Origin: an uncultured Gammaproteobacteria bacterium
GTDB taxonomy: Bacteria; Patescibacteriota; Patescibacteriia; VMEV01; CAYQCH01
Assembly (NCBI GenBank): GCA_964352335.1
Contig: CAYGRO010000002.1
Coordinates: 13,138 to 77,137 of the forward strand
Reading direction: 5' to 3'
DNA: 64,000 nt
This document shows, in pieces, positions 29,566 through 38,829 of this stretch (position 1 is its first letter; each line of letters starts with the position of its first letter). The notes beneath the pieces were generated by a model that worked only from the letters and a program-made list of their open reading frames with translations, ran no database searches and had not been told where the DNA came from. The translations under genes and the position numbers were made by a program.

Positions 29566-30852
29566 TTAGTTTAAAGAGATTTCAGTTTTCCCATTCATAT
29601 AGGCTCTAAGAGCTTGTGGAATAGAAATGCTTCCATCTTCTTTTTGGTGATTTTCCAATAATGGGATCAAAATTCTAGGGCTAGCAATAAGTGTATTATT
29701 CAATGTATGACAATACTGTTTTTCATCACCATCTTTATAGCGAATATTAGATCGTCTAGCTTGCCAGTCACCGAGGTAGGAAGCTGAATGGGTTTCTCCA
29801 TAAGATTGACGAGAAGGCATCCAACATTCAATATCAAACATTTCTTTTTTTCCGGCTCCCATATCCCCTGTTGCAATTTGTAATACTCGATAAGGAAGTT
29901 CTAATGAAGCCAAAAAGTCTTCCGCGTTTTTTAAGATTTCACGCAACATTTCTCTACCGGCTTTTTCATCTGCTTTCATGAAAATAACTTGTTCTACTTT
30001 TGTAAATTGCTTGATGCGATAAAGTCCTTTTGTATCTTTTCCGTAACTTCCAACTTCTGTTCTAAAACAATTTGTCATTGCGCAATATTTAAGTGGAAGT
30101 TTGTCAATATCAAGAAATTCATTTGAATGGTATCCAAGTAGTGTAACTTCTGAAGTACCGATTAAATACAACGGTGGTTCATCTAAATCCTTACGTTGAT
30201 CATATATTTTGAATGTTTCATCTTCTGCAAATGGAAAATGACCAGAACCTTCAAAGTGTTCACGCTTAGCCATTACTGGCATATCTAATTGAGTAAATCC
30301 TCGTTCAGTAAGAAAATCTAAAGCGTAATTTACAAGTGCTCTTTGCAATTGTGCTGCTTCATTTTTCAAAACATAGCCACGAGTCCCCATTAACTTTACC
30401 CCACGTTCGATGTCAATAATATCTAAAGCTGTTCCAAGCTCTATATGATCTTTAGGCTCAAAGCTAAACTGAGTTGGCTCTCCAACGGTTTTTATTACTG
30501 TATTTGCTTCTTCACCTCCAATAGGTGCTTCTTCAACTGGGATTTGTGGTACAAGTAACATTAATTCGTTAAATCTTGCTTCTACTGCACCTAATTCATC
30601 TTTTATTGCATGAGCTTGATCCGAAATTGTTTTCATTTCTGCAACAAGCGTCTTTTTTTCATCTGGTGATGCTTGAGCAATTTTGTCTGAAGCTTGATTT
30701 TGTTGAGCTCTAAATTCTTCATGTTGAGTAATTAGTTCACGTCTTTTTTCATCAATTTGAAGAAGTTCATCTAGATTAAGATCTATTTGTTTGTTTTTAA
30801 TAGCGGTTTTGACTAAATCTACGTTTTCTCGGATGAATTTACTGTCTAACAT
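29566..30852 (-). CDS. serS: serine--tRNA ligase
   Basis: MLDSKFIREN, LIGTSEV, FRTEVGSYGKDTKGLYR, HTLNNT. Confidence 0.98.
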   Translation of the reverse strand: MLDSKFIRENVDLVKTAIKNKQIDLNLDELLQIDEKRRELITQHEEFRAQQNQASDKIAQASPDEKKTLVAEMKTISDQAHAIKDELGAVEARFNELMLLVPQIPVEEAPIGGEEANTVIKTVGEPTQFSFEPKDHIELGTALDIIDIERGVKLMGTRGYVLKNEAAQLQRALVNYALDFLTERGFTQLDMPVMAKREHFEGSGHFPFAEDETFKIYDQRKDLDEPPLYLIGTSEVTLLGYHSNEFLDIDKLPLKYCAMTNCFRTEVGSYGKDTKGLYRIKQFTKVEQVIFMKADEKAGREMLREILKNAEDFLASLELPYRVLQIATGDMGAGKKEMFDIECWMPSRQSYGETHSASYLGDWQARRSNIRYKDGDEKQYCHTLNNTLIASPRILIPLLENHQKEDGSISIPQALRAYMNGKTEISLN

Positions 30853-30936
30853 ATCGGTCTATTATGCTAAAAACAGGGATTTTGATCCCTTTTAATGATA
30901 GAAATATACCAAAATTCAGTGTTTTTGTCCAAGATA

Positions 30937-30965
30937 TTGACAAAAGCTTGATTTTATGATAATTT
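30937..30965 (+). promoter_or_regulatory. strong sigma70 promoter of the GC-rich gene
   Basis: TTGACA-17bp-TAATTT with TG extended -10 at 30957-30958. Confidence 0.7.
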
Positions 30966-30999
30966 CGGCATTCTGGCACATACGTTTTGTGTCATAACA

Positions 31000-31005
31000 A
31001 AGGAG
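31000..31005 (+). promoter_or_regulatory. Shine-Dalgarno sequence
   Basis: AAGGAG ending 6 nt before the GTG start at 31012. Confidence 0.8.
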
Positions 31006-31011
31006 TGTTCC

Positions 31012-31632
31012 GTGAAGAAGTTCCCAATTGTGATTTTGTTGTTGTTCGCTTTCGTCATGCCCTGTATGGCGCAACAGGACAACGACAAGAAGAACACGAT
31101 GGCCACGCCGAAGGTCGACGAGCCCGCCAACCTGGCGACCCAAGTCGAGATCCTGAAGGCCAAGCTCGAGCGCGAGCAGCTTTTGACCCAGATCGCAGTC
31201 AAGCGGTCGAAGGAGCACGAGCAGCGTCTGCTGAACTTGCTCAAGCGCGTCAAGGCGATCGTCGCTGAGAACGAGAAGCTCAAGCTCCAGAACAAGGCGC
31301 TCGCCGAGCGGGTCGCAAGGAGCAAGCCTCCTATCGAGAATCCCACGGAGAAGAAGCAGGTGACCTCGAGCAAGCCCATCATCAAGGTCGTCGGTGAACC
31401 TCATCGGGTGACTGATCACGTGGCGCTGGTCGTCAACATCAAGGGCGCCAACTCCGGCGTCAAGGCTTGGTGGCATGGGACCGGCATGAAGAAGGCTATG
31501 CTTCTCAAGCTCAAGCAAGAGAAGAACGGTCACTTCTCGCTTCTCGTTGACAAGCCAACGAAGGAGCTCACGGTCTACATCAAGGCCGTCAATGGGAAGG
31601 AGAACACAACGCTCGCCATCCCGATCAAGTAG
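31012..31632 (+). CDS. high-GC orphan secreted protein (signal peptide, coiled coil, beta-rich basic C-domain)
   Basis: SD plus GTG start; MKKFPIVILLLFAFVMPCMA signal peptide; strong G/C third-position bias in this frame. Confidence 0.85.
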   Translation: MKKFPIVILLLFAFVMPCMAQQDNDKKNTMATPKVDEPANLATQVEILKAKLEREQLLTQIAVKRSKEHEQRLLNLLKRVKAIVAENEKLKLQNKALAERVARSKPPIENPTEKKQVTSSKPIIKVVGEPHRVTDHVALVVNIKGANSGVKAWWHGTGMKKAMLLKLKQEKNGHFSLLVDKPTKELTVYIKAVNGKENTTLAIPIK

Positions 31633-31648
31633 CTGGCCCCCGCCGGCA

Positions 31649-31701
31649 AGAGACCCGTGCTGGCAGATCGCTCTATGAGTGGTTTGCTGGCACGGGTCTT
31701 T
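31649..31701 (+). terminator. long G-U-rich hairpin closing the GC-rich gene
   Basis: 25-bp uninterrupted stem with a TAT loop; all non-Watson-Crick pairs are G-U on the + strand. Confidence 0.8.
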
Positions 31702-31714
31702 CAATTTGAAAAAA

Positions 31715-32140
31715 TTAGTTTGCTTGTTCTTCTTTTAATTTACTGGATTTATACAATTCTGGGTGAAATGGTTTTAATCGAATGACTGAAGCATGTATAG
31801 ATCTTTTTTGTAATTCATCATTTAATTTATCCACAAAGGCATTTTGATCATAACCTAAGGCGATAATATCAGGTCGAACCTCTTCAATAATTTTATACTT
31901 ATCTTCTATATATCCTAAATGGACTTGATCAACAGCTTTTGATTGAGCGACATGCCCAGCTCTAGTTGTTTCATTTTGATCAGGTAAATTTCCTTTCACT
32001 TGTTGAACTGTTTCGTCTCTAGCAACAACAATATGTAATTCATCCCCTAATTTTTTTGCTTGCTCGAAAAAATCCAGATGTCCTGGGTGTAAAATATCGA
32101 ATGTTCCAAATGCAAGAACTTTTTTCATAGAATTATTCAT
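31715..32140 (-). CDS. cytidylyltransferase-family nucleotidyltransferase (FAD synthase RibL/TagD-like)
   Basis: FGTFDILHPGH (HxGH), VVARD, PDIIALGYDQ, KSSKL. Confidence 0.85.
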   Translation of the reverse strand: MNNSMKKVLAFGTFDILHPGHLDFFEQAKKLGDELHIVVARDETVQQVKGNLPDQNETTRAGHVAQSKAVDQVHLGYIEDKYKIIEEVRPDIIALGYDQNAFVDKLNDELQKRSIHASVIRLKPFHPELYKSSKLKEEQAN

Positions 32141-33620
32141 TCAACTGTTCAGGTCTCATTGTTGGAAAAAAGACAACATCTCTAATCGACTCTTGATTTG
32201 TCAAAATAGAAAATAACCGATCGATTCCAACACCAAATCCGGCTGTTGGTGGCATTCCATGTTCTAAGGCTTGAACATAATCAAAATCAATCATTTGTGC
32301 TTCATTATCCCCTGCCTCTCGCAATTTCATCTGATCTTCGAAGCGCCCTTTTTGGTCAATTGGATCATTTAACTCAGAGAACCCATTTCCGACTTCTGCC
32401 CCAATCATCAGTACTTGGTGACGTTGAACAATTGTCGGATCTTCTGGGTCTCGTTTAGATAAAGGTGAAATAGCAACAGGATGATTAATCAAGAAGCTTG
32501 GTTGAATAATTTCTGGTCGAACCATTTTTTTATAAACCTGATCAACAATTCTTCCATAACCGGCACTTGGATCTATTTTAATTTTGATTCCTTTTTCTTT
32601 GATTTGAGATTTTAATGTTTCTACATCTAAAACAGTTTTAAGATCTATTCCTGTTTTATCTAAAAAGAGTGTTCGATAATCTAGACGTGGCCATTCACTT
32701 GAAAAATCTAATTGATGTTCTTTGTAGGTAATTGAAAGAGTTTCAAAAGTACTTTGAATAATCGATTGATACATTTCTTGAACTAAAGTCATTAACGATT
32801 CATTATTTGCATAGGCCAAATAAAATTCCATCATGGTAAATTCCTGTAGATGCTGTGTGCTCATCCCTTCATTACGAAAGACTTTACCAATTTCGAATAT
32901 TTTTTCATATCCACCAACCGTTAATCGTTTAAGATGTAATTCAAGTGATATCCGTAAATAAAGATCTAAATCCAAGGTATTGTGATGAGTGATAAAAGGT
33001 TCTGCTTCTGCCCCACCGGGGATATTTTCCAAAACGGGAGTTTCTACTTCTAGAAAACCTTTTCCATGCAAAAAACTACGTAGAGATTGAATAAAGAGTG
33101 AACGTTTTTTGAATAGCTCTTTAACATCTTTGTTCACAATTAAATCTACATATCGATGTCTATATCTGTATTCTTCATCTTTAAGACCATGGAATTTATC
33201 AGGCAATGGTCGAATAGCCTTGCTCAATAAATCGAATGATTGAACTTTAATTGTTTGCTCTTCTGTTTTCGTTAAAAATGGAATTCCCGTAATTGAGAGA
33301 AAATCAGCAACATCAATTAATTTTAATAATGCATACTGTTCTTCACTTACGATTTTTTTATTGAAAAATAACTGAATCATTCCAGACTCATCTTCAATTT
33401 GTGCAAAAGTAGATCCACCTTGTCTACGTAAAAGGCGTAATCGACCAGCAACCGTTACTGTGGTTTCTTTTGAAGAAAGTTTATCAAAAGCTAATTTAAC
33501 AGAAGAAATCTCCGTATCTCGTTTTGCATTTGCTGGGTATGGATCTATTCCCATTTCTTGCAATTGAGTTACTTTTTCCAGTCGAATACTTCTTTCATCA
33601 TTTAGGTTTGATTCTGTCAT
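32133..33620 (-). CDS. lysS: lysine--tRNA ligase (class II)
   Basis: YRHRYVDL, LYLRISLELHLKRL, FRNEG, GMPPTAGFGVGIDRL. Confidence 0.98.
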   Translation of the reverse strand: MTESNLNDERSIRLEKVTQLQEMGIDPYPANAKRDTEISSVKLAFDKLSSKETTVTVAGRLRLLRRQGGSTFAQIEDESGMIQLFFNKKIVSEEQYALLKLIDVADFLSITGIPFLTKTEEQTIKVQSFDLLSKAIRPLPDKFHGLKDEEYRYRHRYVDLIVNKDVKELFKKRSLFIQSLRSFLHGKGFLEVETPVLENIPGGAEAEPFITHHNTLDLDLYLRISLELHLKRLTVGGYEKIFEIGKVFRNEGMSTQHLQEFTMMEFYLAYANNESLMTLVQEMYQSIIQSTFETLSITYKEHQLDFSSEWPRLDYRTLFLDKTGIDLKTVLDVETLKSQIKEKGIKIKIDPSAGYGRIVDQVYKKMVRPEIIQPSFLINHPVAISPLSKRDPEDPTIVQRHQVLMIGAEVGNGFSELNDPIDQKGRFEDQMKLREAGDNEAQMIDFDYVQALEHGMPPTAGFGVGIDRLFSILTNQESIRDVVFFPTMRPEQLNE

Positions 33621-33643
33621 AATTATTATTTCTATGTTCTTAT

Positions 33644-33672
33644 AAAAAAACGCCGTATCAGACGCGGCGTTT
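33644..33672 (-). terminator. intrinsic terminator after greA
   Basis: Minus strand aaacgccg-N9-cggcgttt followed by a T-tract. Confidence 0.7.
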
Positions 33673-33692
33673 AATTTACTCGCGAATTGAAT

Positions 33693-34154
33693 TTATTTTA
33701 CACTGACAATAGTATAGATCGTTTTACCTGCTGGTGTATCTACTTCTACTTTATCACCTTTTGTATGATTTAAAAATGCTTTTCCTAAAGGTGATTCATG
33801 AGAGATAAGACCTTCTGTTGGCGCTGATTCTTCTGGGCCAACAATAGTAAATTTCATACTAGATCCATTTGCTTTTACTTCTACAGTACAACCAAGCGAA
33901 ACAATACCATCACGACCAGATTTTTCGTCAATCATTTCTGAATTTTTCAAAATTTCAGCAAGTTCTGCTGTTCTACCAGCGATAAAAGCTTGTTCATCTT
34001 TTGCATCATGATATTCAGCATTTTCTGATAAATCACCCATTTTAATGGCTTCTTCGATTCGATCAGCAACGGCTATTTTTCTTTTTTTGAGCTCTTCAAG
34101 CTCTTCTTCAAGTTTTTTATAACCTGATTTTGTTAAATAATGGGGGTTTGTCAT
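33693..34154 (-). CDS. greA: transcription elongation factor GreA
   Basis: GDLSENAEYHDAK, ISHESPLGKA. Confidence 0.98.
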   Translation of the reverse strand: MTNPHYLTKSGYKKLEEELEELKKRKIAVADRIEEAIKMGDLSENAEYHDAKDEQAFIAGRTAELAEILKNSEMIDEKSGRDGIVSLGCTVEVKANGSSMKFTIVGPEESAPTEGLISHESPLGKAFLNHTKGDKVEVDTPAGKTIYTIVSVK

Positions 34155-34212
34155 AAAAAAAAATGTGGAGACGATCCACTTATACGATATAATGAGTAAA
34201 ACAATATGTATC

Positions 34213-34241
34213 AGAATAATAGCTCTTAGCTACTCTGTCAA
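34213..34241 (-). promoter_or_regulatory. sigma70 promoter of greA
   Basis: Minus strand TTGACA-17bp-TATTCT. Confidence 0.7.
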
Positions 34242-34289
34242 ACTCATTTTATCCACATTTGCAAGATTTTTGTCAACCTTTTCTAACAA

Positions 34290-36323
34290 TTATTCTAATA
34301 CGATTCGATTGTCATACCACCACTGTAATAAATCATTGGCGATTGAAACGGCTATCTTAGACCCTTCTTCTCCCTCTTCGACCAGAATACTAAAAGCAAT
34401 TTGTGGATTCTCTGTTGGTGCATATCCAGCAAACCATGCATGAGGAGGTTTCGTAGGATGCCATTGAGCTGTCCCCGTTTTACCAGAAACCTCGATTGGC
34501 AATGTACCTAATCGTTGTCCACTTCCTTGTGTCACAACTCGCCGTAAACCATCTTGAATAACTTGAATATTTTCTTGTGACAAAACTTGTTGGTTGAGAA
34601 TAGTTGGTTTCACTTCTTCAATAAGTTCTTGATTTTGATTTAAAAACCCAGAAACTAAATAGGGCTGATAAACTGTCCCCCCATTAGCAAATGTAGAAAT
34701 GAATGAGGCAACTTGCAGAGGTGTTACAAGTAAATCACCTTGTCCAATCGCTAAATGATAGGTGTCACCGATATACCATCTTTCATTTTTTGTTGCCTCT
34801 TTCCATTCTTTCGAAGGGAGAAAACCTGCAGACTCACTAGGAAGATCAATTCCCAATGGTTGTGACAAACCAAACTTATACGCATAATCAGAAATTTTTG
34901 CCACACCTAGTCCTTCAAAATCATCGACACCACCACCTATAGCATAAAAATAGGTATTCACGGAGTCTGCAAGTGCATGATAAACATTTGTTTGTCCATG
35001 TCCTCCAGCTTTCCAATCAGGAAAAAACCATGTTTTAATTCTTATCCCCCCCGTAGAAAGAAAGTTTGTATATGGTGTCACAATTCCTTCATCCAAAGCT
35101 GCACCAGCAACGATTGGTTTAAATGTAGAACCAGATGGGTATTCACCAGACACGGCTCTATTGTACAGCGGCTTATTTTCATTCTCGATGAGAGCTGAAT
35201 ACACATCTGAATTAATTCGTTTAGCAAAGTCGTTATTATCAAATGTAGGAAGACTTACCATTGAGATTACTTGTCCATTTTGAGGATTTAATATCACAAC
35301 ACTTCCTCGTTCTTTTTCATAGTCGATCAAATGATTTTGTAAGATTTCTTCTGCAGCTCGTTGAAACTCAACATCAATTGTAGTTAATAAACTTAAACCA
35401 TCTACAGCTTGTTTTTGAGCAATTACTTGCTGTGGTGTACCCATTGCATTTACTTCTAATGATTCATTTCCGAATTCTCCTCTCAATTGTTCTTCATAAG
35501 TATATTCCAAGCCTGAACGTCCAATAACATCATTAAAAAGATAACCATTATCTGATAATTCTTTATGGTCAGAGTCGTTTAATCTAGCCATATACCCAAG
35601 CAAATGGGATAAGCTTTTTACAGGAGCATAAACTCTTGTATCACTTGTATCTAATGACGGCGGTCCTTCATTCAAATATTCTCTTCGAGAAAATAATTCA
35701 ACACTGAGATATTCTTGTTTTTCAGCGAGCAATTGAAGAGCAATGGAGTCATCTTGTTTTATGAATTCTGCGACAATGGTTGCTTGTCCACGTTTTTTAT
35801 AATTTTGATAGAGATCTTCAATTGATGAAAGAAATTCATCTTGAGTATCATCGCGATAAAACAACAGATAGCTTTGATAAAGATCTCGTAATAATGATTG
35901 TCGTTTAGAAAGATCAACAGGTAAAAGATTAGGTTGAATCGTTAAAACATAATTTGGAGAGTTTTGAACAAGTGGGATTTTGTATCGATCATAAATCAAA
36001 CCACGATCTGCTCGAATATGGTCAATTCGCAATCTATTTTGATCAGCCTTTTCTTTATAAGAGGCTCCTTGAACAACTTGAACTTGCATTGAGCGAAGGA
36101 TCAATATGCTTAATACGATCAATACAAAAATAGAAATTTTTGCAAATAATTTTGGAGTAAATAGTCTTCCTAAATACCCATCTGTCTGCCCATATTGCAT
36201 GGTATAGCCATCTTGAATATCTGGATCAACAAAACTAGCTTCTACCCATTCTTGTTTTTTTCCACGATGAAGATGTAGAGATTTTCTGGAAACTTCTTGT
36301 ACTCTAAATAAATCTTCTGACAT
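34290..36323 (-). CDS. mrdA: penicillin-binding protein 2
   Basis: PSGSTFK (SxxK), SVN (SxN), KTGTAQ; adjacent to mreCD. Confidence 0.95.
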   Translation of the reverse strand: MSEDLFRVQEVSRKSLHLHRGKKQEWVEASFVDPDIQDGYTMQYGQTDGYLGRLFTPKLFAKISIFVLIVLSILILRSMQVQVVQGASYKEKADQNRLRIDHIRADRGLIYDRYKIPLVQNSPNYVLTIQPNLLPVDLSKRQSLLRDLYQSYLLFYRDDTQDEFLSSIEDLYQNYKKRGQATIVAEFIKQDDSIALQLLAEKQEYLSVELFSRREYLNEGPPSLDTSDTRVYAPVKSLSHLLGYMARLNDSDHKELSDNGYLFNDVIGRSGLEYTYEEQLRGEFGNESLEVNAMGTPQQVIAQKQAVDGLSLLTTIDVEFQRAAEEILQNHLIDYEKERGSVVILNPQNGQVISMVSLPTFDNNDFAKRINSDVYSALIENENKPLYNRAVSGEYPSGSTFKPIVAGAALDEGIVTPYTNFLSTGGIRIKTWFFPDWKAGGHGQTNVYHALADSVNTYFYAIGGGVDDFEGLGVAKISDYAYKFGLSQPLGIDLPSESAGFLPSKEWKEATKNERWYIGDTYHLAIGQGDLLVTPLQVASFISTFANGGTVYQPYLVSGFLNQNQELIEEVKPTILNQQVLSQENIQVIQDGLRRVVTQGSGQRLGTLPIEVSGKTGTAQWHPTKPPHAWFAGYAPTENPQIAFSILVEEGEEGSKIAVSIANDLLQWWYDNRIVLE

Positions 36324-36326
36324 ATT

Positions 36327-36866
36327 CTAGTGATCTGAAATAATGAAATAAGATTTAAACCGCTTACTCATAAATGTTGTTGCTAGATATCCAAGACTTA
36401 ATAAAGCTAAGGAAAATGGAGTATAGAATAGAATCGAGATCATCCAATCTACTGTGATCAGTGTAATCAGTTCTTCTGGAAACCAGTAATGATAGAGAGT
36501 TAATAAAAGCGCATAAACAGCATAATAGATAAACCAAGCAATAATTCCAATTGCCAGTAATACATAATACGATCTATTCGTAAAAAATCGTTCAAGTAAG
36601 AAATTTATGACAAAAAGTGATGTAAACCCAGCAATGAGAGGAATCAGAAAAAGGCTACCAGCAGTATATGAAAGCAATAGGATACTAGCAAAATAAAATG
36701 GATATGCGATCGCATTACGGAAAATAAAGATGAAGAAAACAGAAACAATAAAAGCGATATTGATCAAATTCCAATTTCCCCCTAAACCGGGTAAAAAGCC
36801 CGCGTCAAAACTAATAACCATTAAGAGAAAGAGAAATTTTGCTATCGTAGAAAGAAATACTTTCAT
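36327..36866 (-). CDS. mreD: rod shape-determining protein MreD-like
   Basis: Multi-TM protein located between mreC and mrdA; called mainly from synteny. Confidence 0.7.
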   Translation of the reverse strand: MKVFLSTIAKFLFLLMVISFDAGFLPGLGGNWNLINIAFIVSVFFIFIFRNAIAYPFYFASILLLSYTAGSLFLIPLIAGFTSLFVINFLLERFFTNRSYYVLLAIGIIAWFIYYAVYALLLTLYHYWFPEELITLITVDWMISILFYTPFSLALLSLGYLATTFMSKRFKSYFIISDH

Positions 36867-36871
36867 AGATT

Positions 36872-37687
36872 CTATTGCTGAGAAAGAATAACAGAAACGA
36901 ATGTATGCGCACTTGGGTCAGCCAATGGTCTTAAAATGGCTTTTTGAAATAAATCACTATTTTCTGAAATGACTTCTTCTATTTCTCCGATAATCAGACC
37001 TTTTGGAATACTAATTTCTAATCCAGATGTAATAACGAGTTGCCCCTGTAATAAGGATTCACCTTGTGGAATTTGATCCAGCAATAAACTCAAACCTCGC
37101 TCTCCATGTGCCATTTTACTAGAAGGCGCTCCCCCACTTATTGTCGAAGCAACTTGACTTTGTGTATCTGTAAGCAATAGCGCTTTTGATGAACGAGCAA
37201 AAACTTCTGTGATCTTGGCTATAATGACTCCATCTTCAACGACAACGGCATTATCTAAAGCCACCCCGTCCCTTATTCCAACATTTAAAAGTAATACAGA
37301 AGAATTTTCTGGATCTTTACCAACAACTCGCGCTGCAGTTCTAGGCAAATTTGTTGAACTATCTTCAAAGAAATTTAATAATTGACGCAGAGATTGATTT
37401 TCTTGTTCAGCCGTTTGTAACTGAGCTAAACGTTGTTTTATTTGAATAATCTCATCTCGCAATAATTCATTTTCAGTCTGTAAAAGAGCTGTATTTTTGG
37501 GTTTTGAAAAGAGCGAACTGAGAGAGTTTCCGAAACCATAAAACTTTTGAATGATTGGCTGAGTAATAGCTAGTGAACCAGATTGTATTGACCTATCTAC
37601 TCCAATGAGTTTAAAAATCAACGCAAAAAGAATCAGACCTGTGATGACGATCAAAAGCGTAAATCGTTTTACTGGTTGACGCTTCAT
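36872..37687 (-). CDS. mreC: rod shape-determining protein MreC
   Basis: TM, coiled coil ENQSLRQLL, NVGIRDGV, VITSGL..PKGLIIG. Confidence 0.93.
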   Translation of the reverse strand: MKRQPVKRFTLLIVITGLILFALIFKLIGVDRSIQSGSLAITQPIIQKFYGFGNSLSSLFSKPKNTALLQTENELLRDEIIQIKQRLAQLQTAEQENQSLRQLLNFFEDSSTNLPRTAARVVGKDPENSSVLLLNVGIRDGVALDNAVVVEDGVIIAKITEVFARSSKALLLTDTQSQVASTISGGAPSSKMAHGERGLSLLLDQIPQGESLLQGQLVITSGLEISIPKGLIIGEIEEVISENSDLFQKAILRPLADPSAHTFVSVILSQQ

Positions 37688-37696
37688 ATAGTTATG

Positions 37697-38752
37697 CTAA
37701 CGAATCATTGTTTCTTGTTGAGTTGAAGCTAATATAACTTCACTCATTGCTTCTATGTCTTCTAAAATAATCCCTGTGCCACGTACAGCACATGTAGCAG
37801 GATCATCAGCTATTTGTACCGGAATACTTAAGGCTTCTGCGAGAGCCTGGTCTAATCCTTTTAATAAAGAACCAGCTCCAAATAATGTAATTCCACGTTC
37901 ATAAATATCCGCAACTAATTCAGGTGGTGTTCCTTCTAATGTTGCTTTCACATTATCAATGAAAAACTTAAGAGAGCGTGAAATCGCTTGTCGAATTTGA
38001 GCATCAGACACGGTGACTTCTCTTGGTAATCCAGAAATAAGATTTCTCCCTCTCACCTCCATCGATAATGATTCAGCTAAAGGAATAGCAGATCCAATCT
38101 TTGTTTTGGCTGCTTCCGCCATATGTGAACCTAAAAGGATATTGAATTCATGTCTGGCAAATTGAATGATGTCATTATCAAATTGCTTACTAGACATTTG
38201 TAAACTTTTCCAAGTTACCACCCCGCTTAAAGAAATAACAGCAATTTCAATTCTACCTCCACCAATATCAATAACCATTGTTCCATTTGGTTCTTGAATA
38301 GGGATTCTTGCACCAATTGCTCCCGCTAAAATTTGCTCTGTTAATAACACTTCGCGTGCCCCAGCTCCTAATACAGCATCTTCAACAGCTTTTTTTTCTA
38401 CCTCAGTTAAATCCATTGGAATAGCAACAACAACTCGTGGCCTTGGTAAAATATTGAAGTTTTCTGCGTGAATTTTATCAATGAAAAATCGGATCATTTT
38501 TTCGCATACTTCAAAATCAGAAATAATCCCCTGTAATAGAGGTGAAACAACGGTGATATGTGGAGGGGTTTTCCCCAACATGGCTTCTGCTTCGCTTCCT
38601 ACAGCGATAATTTGATTTGTTTTTGTATTCAATGCAACGACAGATGGCTCATCAATCACAATACCGCGATCTTTTACATAAATACGGGTATTTGATGTAC
38701 CTAGATCGATACCAATGTCTTTAGAAAATCTACCAAGGAATTTATTGATCAT
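37697..38752 (-). CDS. mreB: MreB paralog with divergent active site
   Basis: IGIDLGTSNT, DEPSVVA, TPPELVADI; substitutions TEQI and DIGGGRIE. Confidence 0.9.
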   Translation of the reverse strand: MINKFLGRFSKDIGIDLGTSNTRIYVKDRGIVIDEPSVVALNTKTNQIIAVGSEAEAMLGKTPPHITVVSPLLQGIISDFEVCEKMIRFFIDKIHAENFNILPRPRVVVAIPMDLTEVEKKAVEDAVLGAGAREVLLTEQILAGAIGARIPIQEPNGTMVIDIGGGRIEIAVISLSGVVTWKSLQMSSKQFDNDIIQFARHEFNILLGSHMAEAAKTKIGSAIPLAESLSMEVRGRNLISGLPREVTVSDAQIRQAISRSLKFFIDNVKATLEGTPPELVADIYERGITLFGAGSLLKGLDQALAEALSIPVQIADDPATCAVRGTGIILEDIEAMSEVILASTQQETMIR

Positions 38753-38829
38753 AGAAAAAAAGCGTAAATTCAGCGTATACAATCATTTTAGAACTTCATC
38801 TTAGCGGAACTTTTGTATTAGATCAATTA

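Noticed and set aside
30916-31704. 262-aa and 143-aa antisense ORFs and a 93-aa alternative-frame ORF over the GC-rich gene
   Set aside because: Open shadow frames are expected from strong GC3 bias. Only 31012-31632 has a promoter, SD, signal peptide and closing hairpin.
34249-34257. Perfect DnaA box TTATCCACA upstream of greA (another at 31827-31835 inside a CDS)
   Set aside because: Isolated boxes with no cluster, unwinding element or dnaA gene, so not oriC. A regulatory role cannot be supported from this alone.
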